From Alphaproteobacteria bacterium (lineage in GTDB: Bacteria; Pseudomonadota; Alphaproteobacteria; UBA828), in contig OZ243972.1 in assembly GCA_965214705.1 (NCBI GenBank), positions 1,568,001-1,632,000 of the forward strand: a stretch of DNA of 64,000 bases. Direction: 5' to 3'. This document shows, piece by piece, positions 1 through 10,055 of this stretch (positions are counted from its first letter, which is position 1; every line of letters starts with the position of its first letter). A model generated the notes under the pieces. It was not told the origin of the DNA and did no database searches. It saw only the letters and a list, made by a program, of their open reading frames with translations. The position numbers were made by a program, and so were the translations under genes.

Positions 1-95
1 CGATCGGCGCGAAGGACGTACGCAACTGGTTCGACGATCTCTCGGTCACGCGGGCGGGATCGGCGAACCGGGCGCTGGCGGTGCTGTCATCCTAA
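1..95 (+). pseudogene. Tyrosine integrase fragment, truncated by IS insertion (5' part outside window)
   Basis: Frame from nt 3 reads IGAKDVRNWFDDLSVTRAGSANRALAVLSS*, similar to IDRRDVRDWFASLRATPVAADRSMPVLS of the integrase at 3833-4954; the stop falls at the putative IS end. Confidence 0.7.
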
Positions 96-125
96 ATCCC
101 GCAGTTGGGGGCGATGATCGGTCGA

Positions 126-292
126 AAGGCTTATCCCTCTGGCTCCGGTTCCCCAACATGTTGTACCGGCCACCTCGGCGGCGGTACCCGACACGATCGC
201 AGTTCCTTCCGTGTCTCAAGGGGTTGCCCGTAAAGTGCCCAACGATCCGGCACCCCACATATGGAGAAGCCGGATGTAAGGGGATAAGCCTT
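126..292. mobile_element. 167-bp MITE (family A, copy 1)
   Basis: Terminal IR aaggcttatccc...gggataagcctt; 8-bp direct repeat tcggtcga at 118-125 and 293-300; same length and ends as 52433-52599. Confidence 0.85.
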
Positions 293-315
293 TCGGTCGA
301 TTTCCGGGCTCAATT

Positions 316-1576
316 TCAGCCTGCCAGCGCAGGCCGAGGCGGTGGAATCCAGGGCTGGCGACCCGGCTGGCGGCCCCGGAGGTACTTCTTCAGCGCTTCC
401 GCCAGGATCCGGCGCCAGCGATCCTCAGCGCTCAACTGCTCCGCACTTGTCAGCAGTGTCTGGAAGAAGCGGGTGATCCGCCGCAACGCCGCGACCACGG
501 CCCCCCGCCGCCCGTGGCTCGACGTCACCGTCAGCCGGGTTTGACCGGCGTGATGGGTCTGGCGGGCAACCCCATGCAGCAGGAGCGCTCGGCTGGTGAT
601 CGCCTCGCGGTGGTGATCGGGGTCCGCCAAGCGCACGAACAGGCTCCACCAATTGTAAATGAGCGCGATCAGCCGGGCCATGTGCTGGCAGCCCTTCAGG
701 TCTCGCGTGGTGAAGCCGCCCCAGCCCCACTGGTTCTTCAACTCGTCGAAGCCGTTCTCCGCGTCCGCCCGATCTCGGTAGAGCTGGGCGATCGAGAGAA
801 CCTCCAGATCCAGAGACGTCGCCAGAACCGCAAACTCCCACACCTTGGTGCTAGGCTGCGCGTCGGCCCAGAAGAGATCGCCTTGACCGTCGTCTGCGCG
901 CGTCAGCGCCACCGTCCCGGGAAGCCGACGGCGCAGCACCACCACGCGACGCGTCCGGCTCCAGCCATGCAAGCGAAGCTCGGCCTCGATCCCCGACCAG
1001 CCCGGGCCCGCGTCCGTCCACTCGTCCCGCGTCATCAGGCACTCGGCAAGCCGGCGCGCGCCCTTCGTCAGGCGCAGTTTGAACAGATAGTCGAGACCCG
1101 CCGCGGGTGCAATTCTCGTATGGCGATGATTGACTCTGCTTGATCCATGAGTTCCTGCGGTGCGGAGCATCCTCACCTCCCGGTCACGCCCACTGTCGTG
1201 ACAAAATCCTGCCCTGGAACGGGCGATTGTCACGAAACTACGATTTCGCCTGTTTGCCTCGACCCATGAACCGCGTTGTATCAATGGCTTACGATTGCCA
1301 TACGAGAACTACACCCCCCGCCGCCTCGCACGACGCCATGTTGCCCTCGTTGCCCCAGTCCTTGTCGCCCCGTACGAGCCGCGGCCAGTTCTCACGGCCG
1401 AGGCGCTCAAGCAAGGCCCACAGCGAAGGCGCCGCGTTCTTCGAGTGGTGACGGTTCCCGGGCGCGACATCGACGTCCAGCACAAGGCGCGTGCCCGCCA
1501 TCAGGAACGCATGGTAGGCATGCGACGGACGGCCCGGCTTCTTTGGGTTGTAGCTCACCACAGCCCCCTCCTGGTG
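316..1576 (-). pseudogene. IS1380-family (DDE group 1) transposase, interrupted and lacking its N-terminus
   Basis: HQEGAVVSYNPKKPGRPSH, RGDKDWG and YRDRADAENGFDELKNQWGWGGF motifs; removing 1105-1316 plus one target copy rejoins ASCEAAG-LDYLFK in frame. Confidence 0.85.
1105..1316. mobile_element. 212-bp MITE (family B)
   Basis: Imperfect 23-bp IR gggtgcaattctcgtatggcgat / attgccatacgagaactacaccc; 8-bp TSD cccgccgc at 1097-1104 and 1317-1324. Confidence 0.85.
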
Positions 1577-1758
1577 AGAGGGCGCAGGCTTTCAGCGGGG
1601 GTCGGGGCCTGATCCGCTCAGATTAGTTGGTGTATTGGGGAGGGTGCCCCCCGGCGATCTTGCAAGAAGTTCGCCGAGGGGCTTTGTCTCGGTGACGGTG
1701 AATCAACCTGAGACGCCCCAATGTCGCACACCCCATGCATCGGCAAAGGCACACTTTA

Positions 1759-2689
1759 GAGCCTGGCCGGAAATGAATCGTTTATTTTCCTAGTCTTGCG
1801 AGTCTACGGATGAAGAGCTGGATGCTGGCGACCAGGAGCCACGCGAGAGCGCTCTCGATGGTCGCCTCGAAATCCTTCGCAAGACGGCGGCTGCGCCCGA
1901 ACCATGCGAAGGTGCGTTCAACCACCCAGCGGCGCGGCAGCACAACGAACCCGTCCGCCGTTGTCGTCACGCTTGACGATCTCTACAGTCCAGTCGCCAA
2001 TCTTCTTCAGCGCCTCGGCCAGTTTCGGACCTGCGTAGGCGCCGTCGGCGAAGATATGGCTGACCTCGGGAAACCATGCCCCCACCTCGGCAAGCAGCGA
2101 GGGCGCGCCGTCGCGGTCCTGGATGTCGGCCTCGTGGACCGCAGCGCCGAGCAGCCGGCCACCGGTGTCGACCAGGATATGGCGCTTGCGGCCCATCACC
2201 TTCTTGCCCGCGTCAAACCCGCGCGGACCGCCGCTTTCCGTGGTTTTCACCGACTGGCTGTCGATCACGCCTGCCGTCGCGCCGGCGGCACGGCCCTCGG
2301 CCTCGCGCGTGCGCGCCAGGAGCGCGCGGTTGGCTTCGTGCCACGTCCCGTCGTCCCGCCACTTGTAGAAATAGTACTGGACCGTGCCGCGCGGCGGGAA
2401 CTCGCCGGGCAGCATGCGCCATTGGCAGCCGCTGCGGGCCATGTACAGGATCGCGTTCATCACTTCCCGCAGATCCGTCTTGCGCGGGCGGCCGAGCGAT
2501 GACGGCGGCGCCAGCAACGGTTCCAGCACCGCCCACTCCGCATCCGTCAGATCGCTTGCGTAGCGAAGCCCGCTCCGCTCATACTTCTCGCGAGTGGCGT
2601 CAGTCCACATCTTGTGTTCCCCTTGCTGTGGAACACAAGAAGTGAATCACAAAGGACTGATTCCACTCAATTCTTTTCCGGCCAGGCTC
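1759..2689 (-). mobile_element. IS5-family element (IS1031-like)
   Basis: 15-bp IR gagcctggccggaaa / tttccggccaggctc; tta on both flanks; encodes an IS5-type transposase. Confidence 0.9.
1782..2610 (-). pseudogene. IS5-family transposase with frameshift near 1960
   Basis: YASDLTDAEW, IDSQSVK and GKKVMGRKRH in ORF 1918-2610; [10 protein letters not shown] in ORF 1782-1970 in a different frame. Confidence 0.8.
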
Positions 2690-3829
2690 TTAGGTGTTCA
2701 TGAGGGTTGCGATGGCTTGCCCTACCCTCTCGGCCGCGTGCTCGACTTCCCGGTCCTTGAGATGGGCGTAACGCAGTGTCGTCCGCACATCGGAATGGCC
2801 GAGCAGTCGGGCGACCACCGGCACCGGCACGCCGTTCATCACTGCATGGCTGGCATATGTGTGCCGGAGGTCGTGAAGGCGAACGTCCTCAATGCCGGCT
2901 TCCCGCCGGGCGCGATCCCAGAACGCGATCTCGCGACTGCGGGGTCGGGCGGGGACTCCAGGCGACGGAAAGACGAACGGGCTTTCGCCGCGAGGCCGGC
3001 GCTCGAGAATGCGCCGGGCCTGGGTATTGAGGGGAACGATCCTGGGCCCGGTCTTGCCGTCGGCGAGGACCAGCCTATCGCGGTCTACCTCCGACCAGCG
3101 CAGCTGCAGTATCTCGCTCTTGCGGCATCCGGTCAGGAGCAGGAGCCGGATGATGTCCGCCTGCTCTCGGCGGCTGTCGTGGGTCTGCCTGTCCAGGACT
3201 CGATGGAGTCGAGCAACCTCCTCGCTGGACAGAAAGCGCGTGAGCATCCGTCTCGGGTTCCTGTCCACGCCCCGAGCCGGGTTGGTTTCGAGGTGGCCGC
3301 AGGCGATTGCGAAGTTGAAGATCTGCGTGAGAAGGTCGAGCGCGTGATTGGCGTTGCCCGGAGCGGTCCGGCTGAACCGGTCGAACCATTGTCCGACATG
3401 CGCCGGGGTAATCCGGTCGAGCGGCTTCGAGCCGAAGGCGGGCATCAACTGGCGGTCGAGCTGGGACTGAAAGCCCTTTCTCGTGGAAGGCTTGTATCCG
3501 TCGAAATGGGCTTCCTTCCAGGATCCCTCGACGAAGTCCCGGAACAGCGGAGCCACGTGCCTGGGCACGCCGACCGCTTCAGGTTCCGCCTTGCGCGCAT
3601 GGCATTCCCGGCGGACCTCCGCGACGGTTTTCAGCGACACCGGACCAAGAGAGACCCGCCGCGACCGCCCGCCGGTGTCCTCCAGCAGGACATAGCTCAG
3701 CCCACCGCTGGGCCGGACCCGAACCCCGAGGCCGACGAAGTGACTATCCCAAACCGTGTATTCTCGCTCGCGGGGGCGGAAACGGGCGATGGCACGGTCG
3801 GTCAGCCGCATGCGTTCTCTGCCGGCCAT
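2690..3829 (-). CDS. Tyrosine recombinase/integrase with N-terminal arm-binding domain
   Basis: LTDRAI...WD...GLGVRV N-terminus; catalytic TGCRKSE, KTG, HDLRH, LGH, RYAH. Confidence 0.92.
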   Translation of the reverse strand: MAGRERMRLTDRAIARFRPREREYTVWDSHFVGLGVRVRPSGGLSYVLLEDTGGRSRRVSLGPVSLKTVAEVRRECHARKAEPEAVGVPRHVAPLFRDFVEGSWKEAHFDGYKPSTRKGFQSQLDRQLMPAFGSKPLDRITPAHVGQWFDRFSRTAPGNANHALDLLTQIFNFAIACGHLETNPARGVDRNPRRMLTRFLSSEEVARLHRVLDRQTHDSRREQADIIRLLLLTGCRKSEILQLRWSEVDRDRLVLADGKTGPRIVPLNTQARRILERRPRGESPFVFPSPGVPARPRSREIAFWDRARREAGIEDVRLHDLRHTYASHAVMNGVPVPVVARLLGHSDVRTTLRYAHLKDREVEHAAERVGQAIATLMNT

Positions 3830-3832
3830 GGG

Positions 3833-4954
3833 TCAGGCCTCCAGCGCGGCACCGATGGTCTCGGCGGCCTCCATTACCGTCTTGTCGGCGAGGTGCGTGT
3901 ACTTCAGCGTGGTTTCCGGGTTCCGGTGACCGAGCAGCCTGGCGATGGTGAGGACGGTCTCGCCTTGGCGCAGGGCGATGCTGGCATGCGTGTGGCGGAG
4001 GTCGTGAAGGCGAACGCCGTGCAACCCGGCCTCGGCCCGGACCCTGTACCAGAACTTTTCGAGCCAGCCCTTGTTTCTTGGCCCCTTGCCGCGCGTCGCC
4101 GGAAACACCCATGGTCCGGTCCGGTTCAGCCCATCGAGAACGTTCCGGGCGGGCTGCGACAGCCAGACGGTGTGGGGCCCCGTTTTGGAGTCGCGGAGGA
4201 AGAGATGTCCGTCGCGGTAGTCGGACCAGCGGAGCGTCATGATCTCGCTCTTGCGGCATCCCGTCAGCAGGAGGAGGCGGACCGCGGCGACCTGCTGAGG
4301 GGCAGTCTCGGCATATGCCGACAGTCTTCCAGCCAAATGGCGTATCTCCTCGTCCGAGAGAAAGCGCGCGCGTCCCTTGCGGCGGTAGCGCCGGATGCCC
4401 AAGCAGGGGTTGGAGTCCTGCGGCCGCAGGCCCATGGCCTCCGCCTCCCTCATGATGACGGAGAGCACCGGCATGGACCGGTCGGCGGCGACCGGGGTCG
4501 CGCGCAGCGAGGCGAACCAGTCGCGGACATCCCGCCGATCGATGTCGGCGACTTGCCGTCCCTGGAAGCGAGGCAGGATCTGGTTTTTCAGGTAGCAGCG
4601 GTTCACATTCAGCGTTCGGGGCTTCCAGAGCCGCTGGTACCGCGCGAACACGGTCTCGGCGACGGCCTCGAAGAGGGTCTGGGCGGGATCGTGAGGCGGG
4701 TCCTCGCCGCGCCGGATCGCGGCGAGCGTGCGGACCGCGTCGGACCGCGCTTCGCCCGCACCCATGGTCGTAGCGTCGCCGACGATCTTCCAGACGCGTT
4801 CGCCTCGATGCTGGCAATGGACGAAGAAGCGCTTGCGGCCCGAGGGCAGAACTCGCACGCCGAAGCCCTTCAGCTTGGTATCGCGGACGGCGTAAGCGCT
4901 TTTGCGAGGCCGCAGCGCCTTGACGCGGGCGTCGGTCAGGATGACCTTGGGCAT
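3833..4954 (-). CDS. Tyrosine recombinase/integrase (tandem paralog)
   Basis: LTDARV...GFGVRV N-terminus; TGCRKSE, KTG, HDLRH, LGH, KYTH. Confidence 0.92.
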   Translation of the reverse strand: MPKVILTDARVKALRPRKSAYAVRDTKLKGFGVRVLPSGRKRFFVHCQHRGERVWKIVGDATTMGAGEARSDAVRTLAAIRRGEDPPHDPAQTLFEAVAETVFARYQRLWKPRTLNVNRCYLKNQILPRFQGRQVADIDRRDVRDWFASLRATPVAADRSMPVLSVIMREAEAMGLRPQDSNPCLGIRRYRRKGRARFLSDEEIRHLAGRLSAYAETAPQQVAAVRLLLLTGCRKSEIMTLRWSDYRDGHLFLRDSKTGPHTVWLSQPARNVLDGLNRTGPWVFPATRGKGPRNKGWLEKFWYRVRAEAGLHGVRLHDLRHTHASIALRQGETVLTIARLLGHRNPETTLKYTHLADKTVMEAAETIGAALEA

Positions 4955-5067
4955 GAACCTTCTCCCGATTGCGGTTGCAGCCGGGGAAGGGCAGGTTGCC
5001 CAATCCGTTCCTCTGCAACAGTTTCCAGGAGAAAAAACGCCCCGTTGTCAGTTAGTTAGCACCGCAG

Positions 5068-7104
5068 GTGCGTATGGTGGTGTGGGAGCAGGTCAAGGAC
5101 CAGGGCTACCGGCCCACCGGCTGGCAGATCAGGCGCATGCTGACCGACGACCGCATCCCCGCCGGCGCCGCGCTCGCCCGCTACGTCGGGGTGGACACCT
5201 ACGAGGCCGCCGGCGGTCCCGTGCTGCGCGACCTCTTCGCCGACGAGCACGAGAACGGCGTCTGGCTGGAGGACCCCGCGCTGCTGATGCAGCTCGCCAC
5301 GGACCGCCTCAAGGTGGCGGCGGACGAGCTCGCCACGCGGTGGAAGTGGGCCGAGGCCCGGCTCGACGTCGAGTGGTCCGATCTCGCCCGCTTCGGGCGG
5401 GTGCGCCCCACGCCGGCCGAGCAGACCTGCGAGGAGCAGGCCGAGATCGAGCGGCTGCACACCCGACAGGGCGAGTTCGCCGAGTTGGACGACGACGAGT
5501 GGACCGAGGCCCTGTCCGAGGAAGCCGAGGGCATCGATACCCGCCTCGCGGAGATCGACGAGGCCATCAAGGCCCGCGCCGTCTTCAAGCCAGAGGATAT
5601 CTCCATCGCCGGGTGCATCGTCACAGTCGGCAACGACGGCACGCTCCAGGTCGTGCACGGTCTGGTGAAGCCCGAGGACATGCCGGCCGATCCCGACACC
5701 GCCACGTCGGGCGCCGCCTCCCAGGACGGTGTCGGTCAGGACGACGGCCGACAGGTCGGCTCCGGCATCCAGTCCCCCTCCGTCTCCGGCCCGGCCATGC
5801 CGCCCGCGCGGCCCGACCCGGAGGTCGAGGCGCGCAAGGAGGCCGGCGTCGGCATCGGTCTCGCCGACGACCTCCGCGCTATCAGGACCACGCTGGTCAA
5901 GGCGCATCTCGCCGACGACTTCGGGGCCGCCTTCGACCTCATGCTGTTCCAGATGGCACGCGCAGTGTTCACCCCGGGCTATCACGACCATGCGCTCGAC
6001 ATCGCGGTGCGCGAGACCCCGGACCGGCCGCCGCTCCGCGCCAACGACGACACCTTCCACGAGTCCAGCCCCGGCGAGGCCATGCTGGAAGATCGCTCCT
6101 CGCTCCGCTTCGACTGGCTGGAGATCGAGGACGGCGCGGAATCCTTCGCCGCGCTGAGGGCACTTGCCCCTAAGGACAAGAAGCGGCTGTTCGCCGCCTG
6201 CGTCGCGCGCACGCTCAAGGGCCAGCTCGCCTTCGAGGCGAATGCGCGACCCGAGACGGAAGCGACGGTGGCGCGGCTCGACATCGAGTTCGCGGAGCAC
6301 GTCCGGCCCGGCGCCGAAATGTTCTGGTCGCGGGTGCGCAAGGACAGGATGCTCAAGGTCGCCCGCGAGACCCTGGGCATCGAGTGGGCGCACACCCACC
6401 GCAAGGACAAGAAGGCAGCGCTGGCCACAGCGATGGAGACCGCCTTCGCGGCCGGAGACGCAGTGCCTCTGGGCGTCCCGAAGGAAGGACGCGCGGCTGC
6501 GCTGGCCTGGGTGCCGCCCGGCTTCGCCGCTTTCGACACAGGCCACGCCGACGACGGCGATGCGGCGACTCCGGCCCAGGCCGAGGGCGCAGCGTCCGGT
6601 GAGACGGCGACGGAGCCCGCGCCCTGTGCGACCGAGGCCGACCCCGCGCAGGAGACTTCACCCGTGGACGCGGAACCTTCGGATGACGCGCAGTCCAGCG
6701 GACAGCAGGACGCCGCGGCGGAGCAGCCCGAGCCGGCCGCGGACGGCGAGGCCCCCGAGTGCCGGGCGCCCGATACCGCCGATGCAGAACAGGCTGACCC
6801 GTCCGAACCGCCCAACGGGACCCCTGCGCCGGAGACCACCGCATCGCCCGGCCTCCCCAACGCGGAAGCTGTCGCCCCTACGGGCCACGACGCGATCGAA
6901 GCCGTGAACGCGGTTCCCGTCGCAGGCGGCGGGCCCAGGGTGATCGTGAACACCATCGGCTTCGAGAACGGCGGTGACGGCGACGCCGATGCGTCCACCG
7001 AAGACGTCCCGCCCACGCCGCCGGTTCCCGGCAACGGCCACGATACCGCCAGCGTCAGCGGCGGCGACGCGATGGATATCCCCGCCTTCCTACGCCGGAC
7101 GTAG
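5068..7104 (+). pseudogene. ParB/RepB/Spo0J-family protein of the plasmid/ICE type, N-terminus missing
   Basis: ARYVGVDTYEAAGGPVLRDLF, LEDPALL, W-K-WAE and FWSRVRKDRML segments are typical of the C-terminal part of these long ParB-like proteins; no ParB N-domain; ends in an acidic linker plus DIPAFLRRT. Confidence 0.75.
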
Positions 7105-7121
7105 GCGAAGCGTTCCTTCCC

Positions 7122-7155
7122 TGCGCCCCGCCGGCCGATGCGGCGGGGCGCATTT
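7122..7155 (+). terminator. GC-rich hairpin after the parB-like gene (possible terminator)
   Basis: tgcgccccgccg-7nt-cggcggggcgca followed by ttt. Confidence 0.45.
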
Positions 7156-7186
7156 CCGCCCACCGCTTTCATGGGAGATCAACGCC

Positions 7187-8938
7187 ATGATCGATCGTTC
7201 ACGACTGCCCGCCACAATCCGGGCCCGCATCCACGATGGCGCCATCGACCGGGTCTCGAGATTCTTCAACGCTTCCATCGCGGACGCGGCGGCAGAGCTG
7301 ATCCAGAACTCACGCCGCAGCGGCGCGACGCGGCTCAACATCGCCACCGAGGCCGTGCCCGAGGGCGGCACCGTCGTCACCGTCACGGACGACGGTTTCG
7401 GCATCGCCGACCCGGCCGTGCTGCTGTCCTTCGGCGAGAGCGGCTGGAACGCCGCGACCGCGCGCCGCGAAGACCCTGCCGGCATGGGCGTCTATGCGCT
7501 GTCGAAGCGCGGCTGTGTCATCTCGTCGCGGCCGGGCACCGCCGGGCGCGCACCCATGCCCGGCTGGCGGGTCGAACTCACGCCCGAGTGCTTCATCGGA
7601 AAGCAGGAGGCCCGGATCGTGTCCTGCGAGAATGCCCCGCTGCCCAGCGGCACCGCGGTCTCGTTCCGCGCGGAAGAGGGCCGGGAAGGCATCCGCGCCG
7701 CCTTCGGCGCCGCGGCGCGCCACTGCCCGTTGGCCGTGGCCGTCAACGGCGAGGTCGTCGAGCGCAAGTCCTTCCTCGACGGCGCCGTCCATGTCGAGCG
7801 CTGGCAGGGACTCTCCTTCGGCGTCTTCGACAGCAGATTCCCCGGCTTCAACCACTCCGACCTCAACTTCCACGGACTCACGCTCTCCGTATGCCTGCCC
7901 ACCATGGACACCATCGACGGTGGCACCTGGTCGGTGCTCGCCGACGTCGACGCGTGCCCCGAGCTGGAACTGGTCCTGCCCGCCCGCCGCGAGGCCGTGC
8001 AGACGCCCTTCCTGGAAGAGATGCGCAAGGCGGCCCGTATCGCCATCTACCGGGCGATGCGCCGCGCCGACCGCACGCCTGCGCTCTCCCACGCCCGCTT
8101 CACCGCGGCCCGGAAGGCGGGCATCGACATGCCCAGTGCGCCTGCCGTGCTCCGCCCCTGGCGCCCGGCCATCGCCGATATCGACGACTGGCGGGACACG
8201 CCGGACCGTGAGCCGGTCCGCCCCGACACCCTGGTCATGGCGGTCGATGCAGAGACCCAGGACCAGCAATGCCTCTGGCGGGCAGCGGAACGGGCAGGGA
8301 TCGCCGGCCGCCTGTTCGAGGCCGACGCGCGCCTGGAGGGCTACGCCTGGTACGACGCGCTGGCGCGGGTGGAGAGCGTGCGCATCGACATCACCGGGGC
8401 CGGCGTTACCCATCCCCTCGATGCGCTCCGCGACCTGTCCGAACCGTGCTCTGACGTCCCCACCGCGCCGGGCCTGCCGGATACGCTGGCGCGGCCCGAG
8501 GCCATCCAAATTCACCTTGACGTAGCGCACGGGGACGGGCCGCCCGAGACCATGGCCATCCCCGCCGACGTCGCCTTCATCGGCGAGGACGGGGCCTGGG
8601 TCGAGGACGCGCATCCGCTCGTCACCAGGGACAGCGACCTCCAGCCCTCGGCACTCTGCCAGCTCCTGCAGGCGGCGTATTTCTCGGCCTCCGACGACGC
8701 GGACGCGGACAGCCACGACACCCAGCGCCGCCGTTTCCGCGAGGACGCCACCCACATGGCGATCAAGCTGCTGGCCAGCGAGGAAGAGGCCAGAAAGCAC
8801 ACCATCGCGGAAGCCGTCTGGCGCGAGATCCTCTGGGTGATGCCGCGCGACCGCGAGGTCTCCATCAAGGTCAACGGCGGCAAGGTCGCGGTGGAGTTCG
8901 GACCCGAGAGCCCGGCTCCTCAGGGGGTAGCGGCATGA
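7187..8938 (+). CDS. GHKL (HATPase_c) ATP-binding protein with uncharacterised C-terminus
   Basis: ELIQNS (N box), DDGFGI (G1), GMGV (G2), SGT (G3); ggaga RBS before ATG 7187. Confidence 0.8.
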   Translation: MIDRSRLPATIRARIHDGAIDRVSRFFNASIADAAAELIQNSRRSGATRLNIATEAVPEGGTVVTVTDDGFGIADPAVLLSFGESGWNAATARREDPAGMGVYALSKRGCVISSRPGTAGRAPMPGWRVELTPECFIGKQEARIVSCENAPLPSGTAVSFRAEEGREGIRAAFGAAARHCPLAVAVNGEVVERKSFLDGAVHVERWQGLSFGVFDSRFPGFNHSDLNFHGLTLSVCLPTMDTIDGGTWSVLADVDACPELELVLPARREAVQTPFLEEMRKAARIAIYRAMRRADRTPALSHARFTAARKAGIDMPSAPAVLRPWRPAIADIDDWRDTPDREPVRPDTLVMAVDAETQDQQCLWRAAERAGIAGRLFEADARLEGYAWYDALARVESVRIDITGAGVTHPLDALRDLSEPCSDVPTAPGLPDTLARPEAIQIHLDVAHGDGPPETMAIPADVAFIGEDGAWVEDAHPLVTRDSDLQPSALCQLLQAAYFSASDDADADSHDTQRRRFREDATHMAIKLLASEEEARKHTIAEAVWREILWVMPRDREVSIKVNGGKVAVEFGPESPAPQGVAA

Positions 8939-9465
8939 CCTGGTACACGGTGCAAGCTTCTTATGCCGCCTACCACGCCAACACGGTCTCGGTCGAAGCC
9001 GAGACCCTCGAGGAGGCGCTGGAGAAGGCCATCGAGGTGGCCAACCAGGACCCCAACTGGAAGCCGGTGGACCACTGCGGGCCGAGCTTCGTGGATGCTT
9101 GTTGCATGGGCCAGGACGAGGATCCGTGGGACGACGGCAAGTCTCTGCCCGTGCCGGCCAGGTTTACGGAGAAGGGCGAACCGCCGGTTGTCACCCTCAC
9201 CGGCCCCCGCCCGCCCGGCGTCGTCGAGGTGACAGGGGGCACCGCGCGGATCCGATTCGTCGATGCTGAGCCCGCGAACGCCACCGGTCCGAGAGAGCGG
9301 GCGAAGGCGACGGTCACCACGGAGGTTTCCGATCCGCCGCCGCCCCCCGGCAACAAGCCGGTGGTCACGGTCCGGCCCCGCCCCGATCGCGCCCCTGAGG
9401 TCGAGGTCGCCGGCGCCACGGCAATTGTCCGCGTCGAGGGTTGGGAGGGAATCGACCATGCCTGA
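8935..9465 (+). CDS. Hypothetical protein
   Basis: ATGA overlap with the upstream gene; strong GC3 bias; internal duplicated PVVT...EV.G.TA motif. Confidence 0.7.
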   Translation: MTWYTVQASYAAYHANTVSVEAETLEEALEKAIEVANQDPNWKPVDHCGPSFVDACCMGQDEDPWDDGKSLPVPARFTEKGEPPVVTLTGPRPPGVVEVTGGTARIRFVDAEPANATGPRERAKATVTTEVSDPPPPPGNKPVVTVRPRPDRAPEVEVAGATAIVRVEGWEGIDHA

Positions 9466-9874
9466 ACCCGGCAACACCGCCGCATTCGGCCCCGCGATTT
9501 CCACATACTTTCGCGCCCAGGCGATCGAGGACGGCATCCTCGTCGACGTCTCAGACACCGCGCGCGAAGCGGGCTTCAACATCCCCGTCGCGCTCACGCG
9601 CACCGTCTGGGAACGCCTAGTCGCCTTGCCCGAGGGGTACCGCGGCTTCCAGGACGAGCGCGGCCGTCTGTGGGACGTGCTCTGGATGGCGCGCCACTAC
9701 GCGCTCCGCGCCTCCAACAGCGACCGCGTGACCATGTGTGTGCTGGTGCGCGACATCCGCAAGGACCTCCGAGACAGCAACCGGCCGCCCCGCAAGCACT
9801 TCCTCATCGTGACGATCGGCGCAGGTGATGCCGGAGAGCCCGTCGTGACGGTGATGTTCCCCGAAGACGACTGA
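9458..9874 (+). CDS. DUF6573-like plasmid/ICE protein
   Basis: Y.RAQAIEDGILVDVS..AREAGF.IPVA.T, QDERGRLWDVLWM, TVMFPED; RBS ggaggg. Confidence 0.75.
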   Translation: MPEPGNTAAFGPAISTYFRAQAIEDGILVDVSDTAREAGFNIPVALTRTVWERLVALPEGYRGFQDERGRLWDVLWMARHYALRASNSDRVTMCVLVRDIRKDLRDSNRPPRKHFLIVTIGAGDAGEPVVTVMFPEDD

Positions 9875-10055
9875 GCGCGCCTTCCGCCTGGTCTCTCCGG
9901 CGCCACCAGGAGCGAAGTCGGGCTCCGGTCGGGCGAGCGGCGCGGAACCTGGAGGACTCCTGCGCCGCCTCACGCTCTCCTTCGGCGCCCCGCCGCGGTC
10001 TCTCCTCCCGCGGCGGGGCGTTCATTCCCTCCACTCCGTCACATGGAGCCGTGCC

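Larger units (their letters stand above)
91..1576 (-). mobile_element. IS1380-like insertion sequence, 5'-truncated and carrying two MITEs
   Basis: Transposase fragments; putative end cctaaatcccgcagttg at 91 coincides with the integrase truncation; the other end was not found. Confidence 0.65.

Noticed and set aside
1577-1758. Possible end of another IS (gggcctgatccgctcagattagttgg...)
   Set aside because: No partner IR, TSD or transposase in the window to support it
2594-5059. 821-aa plus-strand ORF (likewise 48955-51744, 52754-55354, 14729-16930, 62227-63909)
   Set aside because: Antisense shadows of recognisable genes in high-GC DNA; no motifs of their own
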